From assembly GCA_028534125.1 (NCBI GenBank), contig CM052818.1, positions 31,064,001 to 31,128,000 of the forward strand: a stretch of DNA of 64,000 nt. The letters run 5' to 3'. This DNA comes from Lama glama. Its lineage: Eukaryota. Position numbers and translations under genes: made by a program. This document shows, piece by piece, positions 36,491-49,649 of this stretch (its first letter is position 1; each line of letters begins with the position of its first letter). Under the pieces are notes generated by a model. The model saw nothing but the letters and a program-made list of their open reading frames with translations. It searched no databases and had not been told where the DNA came from.

Positions 36491-37819
36491 GCCACCAACA
36501 CTGTTCACCATAGGGGAAAACAAGGGCACATGGGTAGAAGCAGAGTTGACTCATGAAGAAGAGCTTCCAGCTTTTGATCACAGGAGAAAGTGCGGATCCG
36601 ATTGTCCCAGTGATTGTGTGGTTAGAGAGGGCTTGGGAAGAAAGCTGGGGCACCAGAGCAGGCTTCAGATGAGCAATAGAGGAAGAGCTTGAGAGCCTTG
36701 TCCTAGCTCTTTGCTTTATCTCCATGGTCCTGAAGCTTCAGATCCCTTACATGGGATATGACCCCAGGCATTGCCAGTGCTTCTCCAGAGCACATCACAA
36801 AATAGCAACACCTTTGCCTGGGGCTTTAATTTGTACAGAGTCTTTCCTTTTAGCTTTCAAATTCTGGTTCCCATTAAAGCATACAGACACACACACAAGA
36901 GAGGCATCATGGTCATTTTATTGATGCATGCACCTGAGAGGTTGGTTGCCTTGCCCGAGATCACACAGATAGGTTAATGGGAGGGCTGAGATGGATCTCC
37001 TTGGGTCTCCTCTCCTCTAGCCCAGAACACTCCTCTGGAAGCACAAGGCTGCGGGACTGAGGTGTCCTTACCTGGACAGACACACGATGGAGACAGCATG
37101 GATGTGGGCAGGGAGGGCCAGACACCTGGGGTGTGGTCCTCACACTGGGTACCATAGAAGGCCTGAGTAACAGCAATTCTGAGGACTCTGAGTGTAAGTG
37201 GATCTTCTCTCCTGTCTGGGCTTCACTTCTTTCATCCACCTCCACACCTCTGGCCCATAAACAGGAGATGGCTAAGATGGCATCTTAAGGATAGATGCTT
37301 TATGGCTAAGATGCTGTCGGGCCAGGATGAAATGTGTAGACAGTTCCTCCAGCTTCTCCCTCTGGAGCAGATACTCCAGGCTCATCTGAGCCAGGTGGGG
37401 GCCCATGTGGCTGCTTCTTTCCATTGGTTCCTGAAGCCTGTAAACTCGCTGGGCAGGAATGGGAAGGTAGGGAGGTGACCTGAGGTTAAGGCCACATCTT
37501 GGCCACATACACAGCTTCTGTATGCCTGCTGTGTGTCTTCCCTAAGCCAATTTCAGCTTGCAAGAATGTGAAAAGACCAGCAAAATGTGAAGGGAGAGCC
37601 TGAAAGGAATTCTCTGAAAAGACCACTTTATCTCAGTGGTTTCTAAGACCACAGCACACTGTGTCCCTTCTCTGTGCTGGGCCTGGTGGAAGCCACGCAG
37701 GGCACTTTATCTGGGTGGTCCTCACCGGCAGGGTTGTGACACATCAGTATGTTTCGATCAGCCCTGGGGGGTGCTGCTAGAAATTCAGTAGAACCTCTCT
37801 TCGTGTCACAATCAGTAGC

Positions 37820-37995
37820 ACAGTGCCTAATCTTCATAGATATTCCAAAAGTAAGTAGCCCACAGATTAAATGAGTGATTAACCCCATTTTACAGATGAG
37901 TAAATCAAGGCATGTGATTCCCTAGTTGATAGATCAAGGCTGTATGTGGGTTATGGCAGAGCTGGGGCGGGAACTAGGTCTTCTGCCTCCTAGGC
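37820..37995 (-). mobile_element. MIR SINE
   Basis: 'ccccattttacagatgagtaaatcaaggca...tggcagagctggg'. Confidence 0.75.
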
Positions 37996-38084
37996 TGGTC
38001 TGGGGTGGGACTAGACAATCTCTACTACTCCCTGTGCTCTTTTATAGCTGGACACATGGATTCTGGATTAGCAAATTAGTATGT

Positions 38085-38240
38085 GGGGCAGTGCTATATT
38101 CTGTAGCTGCATTGTCTTATATAGTAGCCACTAGCCACACGTGGCTGTGGAATATGTGCAATGTGGCTAGGATGACTGAGGAGCTGAGTTTTTCATCCTG
38201 GTGGCTAGCGGCCACCATGTCGGATAGCACGTCTCTAGCA
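38085..38240. mobile_element. MER3/MER33-like hAT-Charlie MITE
   Basis: 'atagtagccactagccacacgtggctgtggaatatgtgcaatgtggctag...gtggctagcggccaccatgtcggatagcac'. Confidence 0.75.
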
Positions 38241-39799
38241 TTTCCCCTTCCCCAAGGCCCAGCACCACAACCACGCCCAGTCTTGATGCAGTGGAAGTTT
38301 GTGGTTAGTGATGACACTTAGAGAAACTTTCCTAGATCCTTGGCAAAACACCTCAGGTCCCCCAGATACACCAGTTATTCTTTAGTAGCTGGGCTTCTTT
38401 CAACAGAAGGGAGATGAAAACAAAATTGGAAGAGTTGAAGCAGAAAGACTATTGATTTTTAATCCTTTTTTCTCATCCAAGAATTTCAAGGTGTATTCCT
38501 CATGTCATTCCATTCCTCTCCTGGGAGCTGGGAGAACTGGCCTGTGAGGCCTGGACAGCAGCAAGTGATGTGAATTAAAACACACTTTTAAAAAAAAACC
38601 TCTCTAGTCAACGTTATTTTTTCTCGGTGAAATGTTAGGATCTTTACTAATAACTATTATTTTCCTTTGGGTTGTTGCCTGGAGAGGATTTTTTTTAAAT
38701 AAATTAAACCATGAATCCATTAACCAGTGATTTAATTTCCAAGTCCTTATTCTTCTAAATTATTTTCTCATCATGGAATAAAACCATGGCACATTTGAGC
38801 TGGAAAACAGTTTAGGCAGCCTCTAGTCTGTAAAATTGATGGGATGAATCAGTTACTACTTATCCAAGCTTGTGCAACCATTGGACTCTGTTCTCTACAC
38901 CATAATGGTATAGGATGTGTAAAATCCCCCCCCCCATTTTGCATTTGGGTAAGTAGCTGTGCTAGCATTTTTATCAAGATATATCTGGCTCTGAGGCTGG
39001 GACCCTTCCTATGTACCTTAAGCTTTTAATCATTTCATGGACAAGGGAGTGGAGACCCAGAGAGCTATAAGAACTTCAGCAGTCAGGGCCTGACCTCTTG
39101 TCTTTATGCTCCATTCAATTCTATTCCTTGACCTCAGATTTATAGTCCCACACTCAGCTTGCACATTTCACCCTATTTTCCTCTTTAGCAGTACCCTTTT
39201 CCCATTTAAAAAAAGTCAAAATACCTTCATTTGCCATTCAGTCCCCTTCCACAATTTGGTACCAACCTGTGCACCATCACCCCATCCCCACTCAGTCAAG
39301 GGAGGTGGCCAAGCAAAGCCCAACGTTTGCATTCCTTCTACACTCTCAGCATTGAGCTGTTTTCCTTTCTATGATTAAAAAACAAATTATATTCCTGTAT
39401 ACTTACAGATATCTTTTGGCATTAAACACAAAGATGCTCATTACAGTGTTATAATAGAAAGTAAAAACAATGTACATGGTCAACCATAACAGAAATGTTA
39501 AGAAAAAAGTATTTCAATTCTTTTGATTAGTCTAAAGCCACTAAAATGGAAGTAGGAGCATTTGGCCCTCACAACGGAAATAGCTAAACGAGGGGTAGGT
39601 GCCATCTCATGGGGCATCCTGGGCTTAGACAGCATTGAGCAAAACCAGACATGGCAGAATTGGACCCGTTTGTGGTAATAACAACCAAAAACAGTGATAA
39701 TGCAGCTTAATCCAGCTTTGCATTCATTTCTAAGTTAAGGTTTCCAGCACTTGCCAACTCCAAGTTGAAGCAGTCCCTGAGGGCACCTGAGAGAATAAA

Positions 39800-39930
39800 A
39801 CCCATGATGGACTTAGAGTCAGAAACATTAGTTCAAGGCCCAGCTGGGTCACTGACACTTCAGGGTGCGCATCTGTAAAATGGGTAGGATTCTGTCTACT
39901 GTAGGAGCTATGCTGAGCACAAGTGGTACC
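39800..39930 (+). mobile_element. MIR fragment
   Basis: 'gacttagagtcagaaacattagttcaaggcccagct...catctgtaaaatggg'. Confidence 0.65.
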
Positions 39931-39965
39931 TACTGTAGGAGCTATGCTGAGTACAAGTGGTACCT
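39896..39965. repeat. 34-bp tandem duplication
   Basis: ctactgtaggagctatgctgag[c/t]acaagtggtac at 39896-39929 and 39930-39963 (33/34 identical). Confidence 0.95.
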
Positions 39966-40844
39966 GGTAGCCCTCCCAGTAGAGTATCACCCTGCTGCTC
40001 CATCGGCGAGGAAGCAACACCATTCAGGGCTTTCCCCAAGCAGAGGGAGAGTAAAGGTGTCTTCTCTGTGGCACCGGCTGAAGAGGGGGCCAGCCACTGC
40101 TGTTTGACTTGCTGGCCCACCAGGCTCTTCCTTAACCTGAGTCAAGCTGACTTGCAGGAGTCTGTCCACACCGTGGCAGCTGTGGAGAGGCAGGGACCTG
40201 CCATGGCTCCCCCTGTAGTCCTGCTGTATTTGTGGATTCTGCTGAACCAGAATATTAGAACTGCCTCACAGCAGTGATGGTAACAGCCACACATGCCTTC
40301 AGGGCTTCTCATGCTTTTGCAACCATTTAAAGCACCATTTCCAGACTGTGGTCAATGAACAAGGCAATTACTACTATGTATTTCCATAGAAGATTATTGT
40401 CACCAAATGTTCGTACAAATTGTTTGGTTCAGCTGGGTATGCTAGTGGAAACCACTGTGGAATGATTCCAGCTCTGCACCGTGATGCTCAAGCACTCAAC
40501 CTGAAATCTGTCCTCCCCAGCCACACAGGTTGGGAACTGCCTCCTTATCTGATTTGCTTTTTTAAATTAAACGCCTAACTCAGAATCATGTGAGATGGCC
40601 AAGAACAGTGACTTTCAAAATTTCTAAGCAGCAGAACATTTTTTCCCCAAATGAAATCTCATCTGGAACGTATGTGTTTATTTTATAATTTCTGGTTACT
40701 AATACTTATTTTTATAAAGTCAATCAGTGGGGGTTTGCTTTGATTAACCAATAAGATTAAATCAGGAACCTTGATGACAGTTGCATTTTTATATCAGCTT
40801 TAGCATCTGATTTAGATCTGTATTTTATTTTGGTTGTATTTTAT

Positions 40845-41047
40845 TAATAATGCATAATAGCTAACACTTCAGCACTGCTCTGAGTGGTTCAAACCTTTTA
40901 ACTCATTTAAGCTTCAGAACTGTAATAGATTATATCATTATTCCCAGACGAGGAAATGGAGACCTGGAGACCCAGGGACCTGGTTAAATGGCCCAAGATC
41001 ACACAGCTCGTGAGTGGCCAGAGCTGGGGTTCAAATCTGGGTAGCCT
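40845..41047 (-). mobile_element. MIR, interrupted by the L1 at 41048 and resuming ~41693
   Basis: 'ggttaaatggcccaagatcacacagctcgtgagtggccagagctggggttcaaatc'. Confidence 0.8.
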
Positions 41048-41692
41048 AAGCCACTATGGAGGAGAGTATGAAGGTTCCTTAGAAAACTAATAATACATTT
41101 ACCATGTGATCCAGCAATCCCACTCCCGGGCATTTATCTGGAGGGAACTCTAATTCGAAAAGACACATGCACCCTAGTGTTCACAGCAGCACTATTTACA
41201 ATAGCCAAGACATGAAAACAACCCAAATGTCTAGCAACAGATGACTGGATAAAGTTGTGGTGCATTTATACAATGCAATACTACTCAGCCATAAAAAAAG
41301 AATAAAATAATGCCATTTGCAGCAACATGGATGGACCCGGAGATCATCATTCTAAGTGAAGGAAGCCAGAAAGAGAAAGAAAAATACTATATCATATTGT
41401 TTATATATGGAATCTTTAAAAAAGGACACAGATGAACTTATCTACAAAATAGAAACAGACTCACAGACGTAGAGAACAAATGTACGGTTACCAGGGGGTA
41501 AAGGGGGTGGAAAGGGATAAATTGGAAATAGAAATTTGTACCTCTTGGGGAGTTATGGAAATGTTAGCTATCTTGATTGTGGTGATGGTTTCATTGGTAT
41601 ATACATTTATCAAAATTCATCAAATTGTACATCTATAATGTGTATGGTTTACTCTGCAGGAATCATACTACAATAAAAGTGTTTAAAAAAAA
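41048..41692 (+). mobile_element. 5'-truncated cetartiodactyl/camelid-type L1 with an L1MC/MD-like distal tail
   Basis: 'gaacttatctacaaaatagaaacagactcacagacgtagagaacaaa', then 'tatcttgattgtggtgatggtttc...caataaaagtgtttaaaaaaaaa'. Confidence 0.9.
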
Positions 41693-42537
41693 ACCCAGGC
41701 ATCCTACCTCCATCATCCAGGATTAGAATAAGTGTTTTATTTTGCTGCTCCCAATGAAATGCCTCAGATATATAAATACATATTTGTAAAGAATAACTTT
41801 TTAATTGCCTGCCCTGCAAACTTAGGCTATTTTTAAATCAAACTCAGAGAGCAGAGAAGTCCTGTTCCATATTCTAAGAAAAATAAATAAATAAATAACC
41901 TAACCCCTGAAGCACCCCCATTAGGATTCAGGGAACAGTTTGAAATTCCTGACCTAGAGCACCGGGGACATGCTGAAGAATCAATCGGTCTGTCAAAACG
42001 CACGTGCTGAGGACCCCCAGGGTATAGTAGAGACAAAGACATTGGCTGGTATTTCACCAAATGAAATCTCTAGTCTCTGGCACAACCAATATTCCCCATT
42101 ACAAATCTTCCAGCTGGTAAACAGAATGATGCCACCGACATTTAATTGAAATGTCAGCACATTTAGAAAGAGCCCTGATGAAACTGCCAAGTTAAAGTTA
42201 TCGCTGATGACTTAAGCTAAATGGAAACAGAAAATCACCACTAACACCCACTAACCCCCACCACCCACACACATGCACATACACACACTATAATATCAGA
42301 CGGAAAGAAAGCAGAGAGCTTCAGCTGTCCAAGAGAAATTTGCAGATAGTTTTTAAATCGAGTTTTATTTTAGCTATGAAAAACTATGGGGCAAATGGAA
42401 AAACTTGTGGAAGTAATCAGGACTGAGACAGGCCAATGGCCGTGTAAATCAATTCAGCAAGCACACACTGATTAAATTGCGTTTGGATAGTAATATTACC
42501 TTACATTTATTTGCATAGCTTACAGTTTATAGAGGCC

Positions 42538-43022
42538 ATGGTGGATGGCAAAAAAAAAAAAAAAGTCCTCAATTCTTCACCACTCCCAGCGTCCTCATCT
42601 TATGCCTTTGTAACTTTGCACACTGGGCTTAACCGTGTGATTTGCTTGGGCTGATGGGTTGTTAGAAGGTGTGACATAAGCAGAGGCTTGCATGTTTCCT
42701 TTCATCCTTGCCCTATGCCATCACCTTTAGAAGAACATGCCCTTGGAACAGAGTCAAGGCATCCCAGTTGTCCCAAGGCCATCCTAGATCAGCAACAGCT
42801 AGCCAACTCCCAGGATTAGGAATGAGCCCAGCCCATTCATAGAAGAGCCATTCAGCTGTGACCTGCAGCTGACCACAGTCACAGAAGCAAGCACAGCCAG
42901 GAGCAGCCATGCCCAGATCTACTGGACCCCACAGACTCATAAGCTAATGCAGTGTTTACTGTTGTATGTCGCTGTGGTTTTGAGGGTTTTGTTAAGCATC
43001 ACTCATGTGGCAACTGACACCG
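42538..43022 (+). mobile_element. MLT1 (G/H-like) solo LTR
   Basis: 'gtgtgatttgcttgggctgatgggttgttagaaggtgtgacataagcagaggcttg...cccacagactcat...gtttactgttgtatgtcgctgtggttttg'. Confidence 0.75.
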
Positions 43023-43744
43023 GACAGACAGACTTGCCTTGTGTGACCTCCTGTGTCCCCTCCTTGTGGACAGGGGTTACATCCCCCATGTTATAGATGA
43101 GAACACTGTGATTCATGGAAGTGAAATGGATTGTGTATTCCACAGCTGCTTCTCCCAATGCCTCATTCTCTGTTCATGCTTAAGTCATGCAGCCTCTCTG
43201 ACATACTTAGCATTAACCTAGAGGCTGAATCCATTTTTTCTTTTAGATCAAAGAGGCAGTTTTTATAGGTTGAAAGCACAGAGGGAGAGCAGATATATCA
43301 GAAATTCCTGGACCTGAAATACAGAAACTGCACAAGCATTTGGCTTGGTGCCCCTTACCCTCACCCTGGGGTACCCCTCCTTTCCTGATTTCCACTCTGC
43401 TGTGAGGGGATATGTGATTCAGTCCATGTCAGATATATGTTTCTCTTGCCATCTCTCTGTGGCTGATTTCACTCACAGGCATTCTTCAAATGCTTCACAG
43501 AAATCCCTGCCAGGTAGGAAAACCCCTGGGGAGTCATGAAGAAATGATCAAAAATAATTTTTTTGACCTTGAAATGCTCAACTGAAAAATCTACTCTAGC
43601 TCCCAATTTCCCCCATCTAAAGGCCAGACTCATGGAGAATTCTATATAGTCCAGACCAACCTACAATTTGAGAATCACCACAGCCTCCCACCCACCCCAT
43701 CTCACCCCTAAATGTTTCTCTACTTCAGAATCAGAAATGTCTTG

Positions 43745-43835
43745 CTCTTTCTGGATAAGTGGCCCAAGACCACACTGCTAGGGAATGGCAGAACTGGGGT
43801 TCAAAGCCAGGCAGACTAGCTCCATAGTCCATTAT
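43745..43835 (-). mobile_element. MIR fragment
   Basis: 'cccaagaccacactgctagggaatggcagaactggggttcaaagccaggcagactagctcca'. Confidence 0.75.
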
Positions 43836-44274
43836 CTATGACTCCAAAAGCATTTTGAACTTTTGCCTCTGCTCATACTCCTCCATCTGTTCAGAAGTCT
43901 CATCTCTCTTTTACTTTCAGCTGATGAACCACTGTTCTTTTCTATATGATCACACTCCTTTCTTAAAAAACACTTTAAAGACCCACTCTCTTTATTGTTT
44001 GTTCATGCATTTGCTTTGTCTTCCTGAGGCTGGGAAGCATCTGAAGACCTTTTTGGCAAAACTTCATGGCAGCCTGATGCATGAAGAACCCTTAGAAATC
44101 ATGGGGAAATGATTTACTTTGTTCAGTAAGCAGACTTTGTTCCACTTTGGGATGTTCCAAGTTAGGGGTGAAACATGATGGGTCCCAAGGAGGTAGCCTT
44201 TACATGAGGGAGGGACAAGATTTCTCTCTTTTAGAAACAGGTAAGTCTAAATAGATCTATTTACATGAAGTGAG

Positions 44275-44560
44275 TCATAAACACCAGCTCAGTGAGAGCC
44301 TTCTCTGGCACTCACAGTGAGATGAATCCCAGATTCCTCTAGCCTATGAAGGTACTGGTCATGTCGGTTTTTTTAAGTGCCTCTCTTTACCGATCTTGAC
44401 CTACTCCCCAACTTGCTGTGAGCTTAGCAAAGGCAGATCCCCTGTTTTGTTCATCTTTGTATCTCCATATTTCTCCTCCAACTTCCTTGTCTCCAACTCC
44501 AGGAACCTACTATAATGCCCTACATGTATTAGAAGCTCAACAATTTTTTGCTGAATAGTG
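44275..44560 (+). mobile_element. L2 3' fragment
   Basis: 'ctgttttgttcatctttgtatctcc...gaagctcaacaattttttgctgaata'. Confidence 0.6.
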
Positions 44561-45079
44561 AGAACCCAAACAAGCCATTGGGCATCAGACTCCCAAGGCC
44601 TCCTCTGAGAAGTAAAGGCACCTCCTCAGAGCCTTTGGTGAACTCTCCTAAAAAGCTGAGAGTGCAATAGAAATAGTGCATGCTCTAGAGTCAGATACTA
44701 GAAATATCACTTAATCTCATCAGTCCTTCGTTTCCTAATCTGCAAAATGGAGATCGTGTATGGTACCATCTTAATACTATCATTCAAAAAAAAAAAAGAG
44801 CTCATTTTTGCAGAACCTATGACAAACGGGGGAGGGGCTAGGAGAGTGGTGGGCATGTATATTTTGAAAATCTTTCCCCACAGGATTCTAATATACTGAT
44901 CCACCCCCAACATGAGAATCTTTAGTCTAGGTCTGAAGAAAAGCGAACTGGGTTGGAATGAAGGAGTACCTGGCATTCTGGGAGAACTCAGAAGCTCTAG
45001 ACAGTGAATAAAGGAGTGCCGTTGACTCCAAGAAGAAGAATGAAGACAGAACACATGCAGAGGGCAGAATAGGGACAAA

Positions 45080-45625
45080 GGACAGTCACAGCTGGATGTC
45101 TTCTTTATTATCAGTATAGAGCAAGGATAAATATGGGAAAAGGCCATTAGGTTATCATCTTGGACTTCTTATTGTTGACCCTGTGTTTTGAGGGGATTCC
45201 ATGGTCCAAATTCGTGGAGAGTATCAGGAGGCTATGAGGGCATGCTCAGGGCCATGACCAGGGCAGAAGTAGGGGTAGGAAGAAGCTCTGAAGATGCTTT
45301 TATTCACACAAGCCTTGTAGGAAAAAGAAAATCTAAGATGGAGAAATGGGTGGTGGCCATGGAGCAGGACACCAGAAAACCTGTCACCCAGTCTGCAGGT
45401 GAAAAGGCAAGCAGGGTCTCTAACAGCCAAAAGAAAGCCCCAGAGAGGATGTCCCAGCAGAACTTTTGGGACATACTCAATCCCCTGGGCTCTGTTGTTG
45501 ATTTAGTCAAGGTCTTCATCGTGTCTTTCCTGGACTGTTGCAGGAGCCTCCCAACTAGTCTCTGTACCTTTCATTTCTGCTTCCTTTTAGGTATCTTCCC
45601 CACTACCACCACCAAAGTGATCTTT
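45080..45625. mobile_element. L2 fragments (minus strand ~45080-45400, plus strand ~45480-45625)
   Basis: 'ggccattaggttatcatc...ttgaccctg' and 'ctggactgttgcaggagcctcccaactagtctc...ccaaagtgatctttt'. Confidence 0.5.
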
Positions 45626-45629
45626 TCTC

Positions 45630-46490
45630 CTCTGTGTTTATATGTACAGTAAAAGTATAACCATATATCGATTTATGTATTTAGTATATGTATATATACA
45701 CCTATATTGTTTTTTATAATTATTTTATTAAAAGGGGACTGACTGCACTACACATACACTTCTGTATCTTTTTTTCTCATCCAGTAAAACCCATGGAATT
45801 TCTTCTGAGTCTTCTGGTAGTTCTCCAATTCCTAGTTTTTTTGTGAGTGGTTACATAATATTCCACAGTGTAGATGCACCAGTGTATTCAATTTGGGGCC
45901 ACTATAAATATCAGTAACAATTCAGCAAATACACACACACACGCACACACACACACACACACATATATGTGTATGTTTCCATCTGTGTCTGTGTCCTTAG
46001 AAACTACTCATTTTATTTATATAGGCTGGACTCATAGAAGTAAGATTGCTAGGTCAAAGGACATATGTACTTTGCATACTAATGATTGTTGCTTGCTGGC
46101 TTCCAAAATAGCTGTAACTATATCACTATCCCAATCAGCAATATAAGAGGACGCTCTTTATTCCCCACATCCCTGCCGGCAATAGATATAATAGTTCTTT
46201 TTAATTTTTGCCAGTCCATGGGTTCAGAAAGATAGCTCATTGTTATTTTAATTTAGACTTCTATGACTATCAGTGAATTGAGTGTATTTTGTGCCATTTG
46301 CATATGCCCTTCTATGAATTGTATTTTGATATAATTTGTTCTATTTATTGTGGATTTAGTGTTTTTGTCAATTTATAATTTCTCTTTGTATAGTAGGGGA
46401 ATTAACACCACCATCTGAATTACAAACATTTTTATGGCTCTATTGTATATTATCTTTGTTCTGTCTTTTTTGACAAAATGCATAAACTAA
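45630..46490 (-). mobile_element. L1ME-type 3' region
   Basis: 'aagattgctaggtcaaagg...tttaatttttgccagtc...ctcattgttattttaattt'. Confidence 0.75.
45931..45963. repeat. (AC)n microsatellite with one GC interruption
   Basis: Direct read. Confidence 0.95.
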
Positions 46491-49360
46491 ATTTTTTATT
46501 GAGATAAAATGTGTGCATCATAAAATATACCTTTTAAAGTGTACAATTCATTGGATTTTAGTGTATTCACAAGGTTGTGCAAACCATCACTACTATAATT
46601 CTGGAGCATCTTCATCACCCTGAAGAAACTCCGTATCCATTAGCAGTCACTGCTCAGCTCCCTCATTCCCCAGTCCCTGACAATCACAAATTTGATTTCT
46701 GTCTCTAAAATTTGCCTATTCTTGACATTTTGTATAGATGGAATCATACAGTATGTGGCCTTTTGTGTCTACTTCATTTGCTTAGCGTAATGTTCTCAAA
46801 GTCCATTCATGTTGCAGCATTCATTGAAACTTCATTCCTTTCTATGGCTAAAAATTCCATTGCATGGATATTTTGTTTAATCATTCATCAATTGATGGAC
46901 ATTTGGGTTGCTTCCATCTATGGCTTGTTGCAAACAGTGCTACTATGAACATTCATATACAAGATTTTGTACAAACATATTTTTATTTCTCATCAGTCAG
47001 TACTTAGGAGTGTAACTGCTGAAGTCACATGACAACTCTATGTTTAAATTTTGAGAAACTGTCAAAGTTGTTTTCCAAAAAAGAATTCATTAGTTTACAT
47101 TTCCACCAGTAATGTATGGGGGTTTCAATTTCCTCCTCCTATTTTTTGAAAGAGTTTTTAAAAGGATGCATGCTAATTCTTCTCTAAAACTTTGGCAGAA
47201 TTCACCAGTGTAGCCACTTGGTCCTGGGTTTTTCTTTGAGGGAAATTTTTTTATTACTAATTCAGTCTGTTTATTATTATAGGTCATTCTGATTTTCTAG
47301 TTCTTCTCAAATCAGTGTGCATCTTTCTAGAAGCATGTCCATTTTATCTAGGTCATTTAGTTTGTTGGCCTACAGTTGTTCACAGTATTCTGTCATAATT
47401 CTATTTATTATAAGGTCAATAGTAATGTCCCCCTTTTCATTCTTTTTGTTTTGAAATCTTTCTGCTTTTTTCTTATAGTATTTTACACTTAAATTTTCCA
47501 CTAAGCACTGCTTTTACTGTATCCCATAAGTTTTAGAAAATAGTGTCTTTGTTTTCATTCCTCTCAAACTATTTTCCAATTTTCTTTATGATTTCTCCTT
47601 TGAATCATTGATTATTTAGGAGTTTGTTGTTTAATTTCCACTTACTTGTGAATTTATCAAATGTCCTGTTACTGATTTATAATTCCATTTCATTGTAGAT
47701 GAAGAAATTTATTTGTCTGATTTTAATCCTTTTAAATTTATTTGGGCTTGTATTATGGCCTAACATGTGTCCTATCTCTGACAATATCCAATGTGCACTT
47801 GAGAATGTCTATTCTGCTCTTGTTGGGTGGAGTGCTCTATAGATGTCTGTCAGGTTAGTTGGTTTATAGTGCTATTCTATATATAGAATTATTCTATTTT
47901 TTATTTATCTTCTTTCTGGTTGTTCTATCCATTATTAAAAGTGAAATATTGAGGACTCCAACTATTATTGTTAAAATGTCTATTTTTTTACTTTCTATTT
48001 GTGATATATTTTGCTTCATGCATTTGAGAACTCTGTTGTTGGGTGCGTATGTACTTATATTTGTTAAATCTTCTTTATGTCCTTCTTTGTCTCTGGTAAT
48101 AATTTTTGTCTTAAAGTCTATTTTCTGATATTAGTACAGGCATACCTTGAAGATATTTCAGGCTTGGTTCCAGACCACAACAATAGAGCAAATATTTCAA
48201 TAAAGCAAGTCACACAAATTTTTTTGGTTTCTCACTGCATATAAAAGTTATATTTACAATATACAGTAGTTTATTAAATGTGTAAGAGATTTAGATCTTT
48301 AAAAAATCTATATACCTTAATTAAAAATACGTTGTTGCTAAAAAATATACTATCATCTAAGCCTTCAGTAAGTCATAATCTTTTTGTTAGTGCAGGGTCT
48401 TGCTTCAGTGTTGATGGCTGCTGGCTGATGAGGGTGGTGGTTGCTGAAGGTTGGGTGACTGTGCCGATTTTCTTAAAATAAGACAATGAAGTTTGCCGTG
48501 TTGATTGACTGTGTTCCATGAATGATTTCTCTGTAGCATGCAATAGCATTTCACCTGTAGTAGAACTTCTTTCAAAATTGAAATCAGTCCAATTTTGGAC
48601 TTAAACCCGCCACTGCTTTATCAACTAAGTTTCTATATCCTTTGCTGACATTTCAGTAATTAAGTTTGCCATCTCATTTGGGCACAGTTCATGGCACCCC
48701 AAAACAATGACAATAGTAACATCAAAAACATCACTGATCATAGATCACCATAACAAATACAATAATATAATAATAATAACAAAGTTTGAAATATTGCAAT
48801 AATTACCAAAATGTAGCACAGACACAAAGTGAGCAAATGCTGTTGGAAAAAAATAATGCCAATAGACTTGCTTGATGCAGGGTTTCCACACACCTCCAAT
48901 TTATAAAAAAACTTAGCATCTGTAAAGTGCAGCAAAGTGAAGCACAGTAAAACAGGTCTGTCTCTATAGCCACCCCAGCTCTCTTTTGGTTTGTGTCATA
49001 TATCTTTCCCCTCCTTATACTTTCAACCTATGTATGTCTTTGAATCTCAAGTGTCCTCTTGTAGGCAGGTTGTGGTGGGATTATTTTTTATGCATTCTTT
49101 CAATCTCTGCCTTTTGATACAAATTTAATAATTATATTTAATGATTAATCTGTTTGCATTTAATTTACTCACTAATAAGGTATTATTACTTCTGCCATTA
49201 TGCTATTTGCTTGTACATATCTTGTCTTTTTTTTTACCCCAGTCCGCCATTGCTGTGTCACTTGTGTTAAGTACGTATTTTCTAGTATACCTTAATTAAG
49301 TCCTGTCTCACTTCTTTTGCTACACACTTTTTAGTTATTTTCAAAGTAGTTGCCCTGGTG
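46490..49360 (-). mobile_element. L1MB/L1M 3' UTR plus internally deleted ORF2, hosting a Tigger1
   Basis: Antisense ORF2 remnant (KKNPGPSGYTGEFCQSFREEL, 47090-47287). 3' end 'ttttattgagataaaat...taaagtgtacaattca'. Confidence 0.88.
48137..48964 (-). mobile_element. Tigger1 (TcMar) internal-deletion derivative
   Basis: Left TIR caggcatacct, degenerate right TIR aggtctgtctc. TA duplication at 48135-48136 and 48965-48966. The host L1 reads through as gatattagta|tagccac. Confidence 0.9.
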
Positions 49361-49649
49361 GCAGCCAGGCTGCTGGTTATGACTGTGATTGTGAGTTGTT
49401 GGTCTTCATGGTTACTGCAGAGCTGGTGAGAGGGAGATGAAAATAGGACAAGCTAAAATGCCATATGCCCATGGTTCTTATCAAAATCCAGGCATTTTTC
49501 TTGTATAAATGCCCCTTGGATTTCTATAAGCCTTTGGTTAATTTTCAGAGTTATGAAAAAGTTGATTCTGAACATTTCTACTAGTGTTATTATTGCCTTT
49601 TTGGAGGAGAGAACTTTTTGAGGTTCCTACTTTGCTATTTTCATTGATG

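Noticed and set aside
10458..39965. CRISPR-like or regularly spaced repeat arrays
   Set aside because: Only two-copy tandem duplications and microsatellites occur, with no repeat-spacer structure. The DNA is mammalian.
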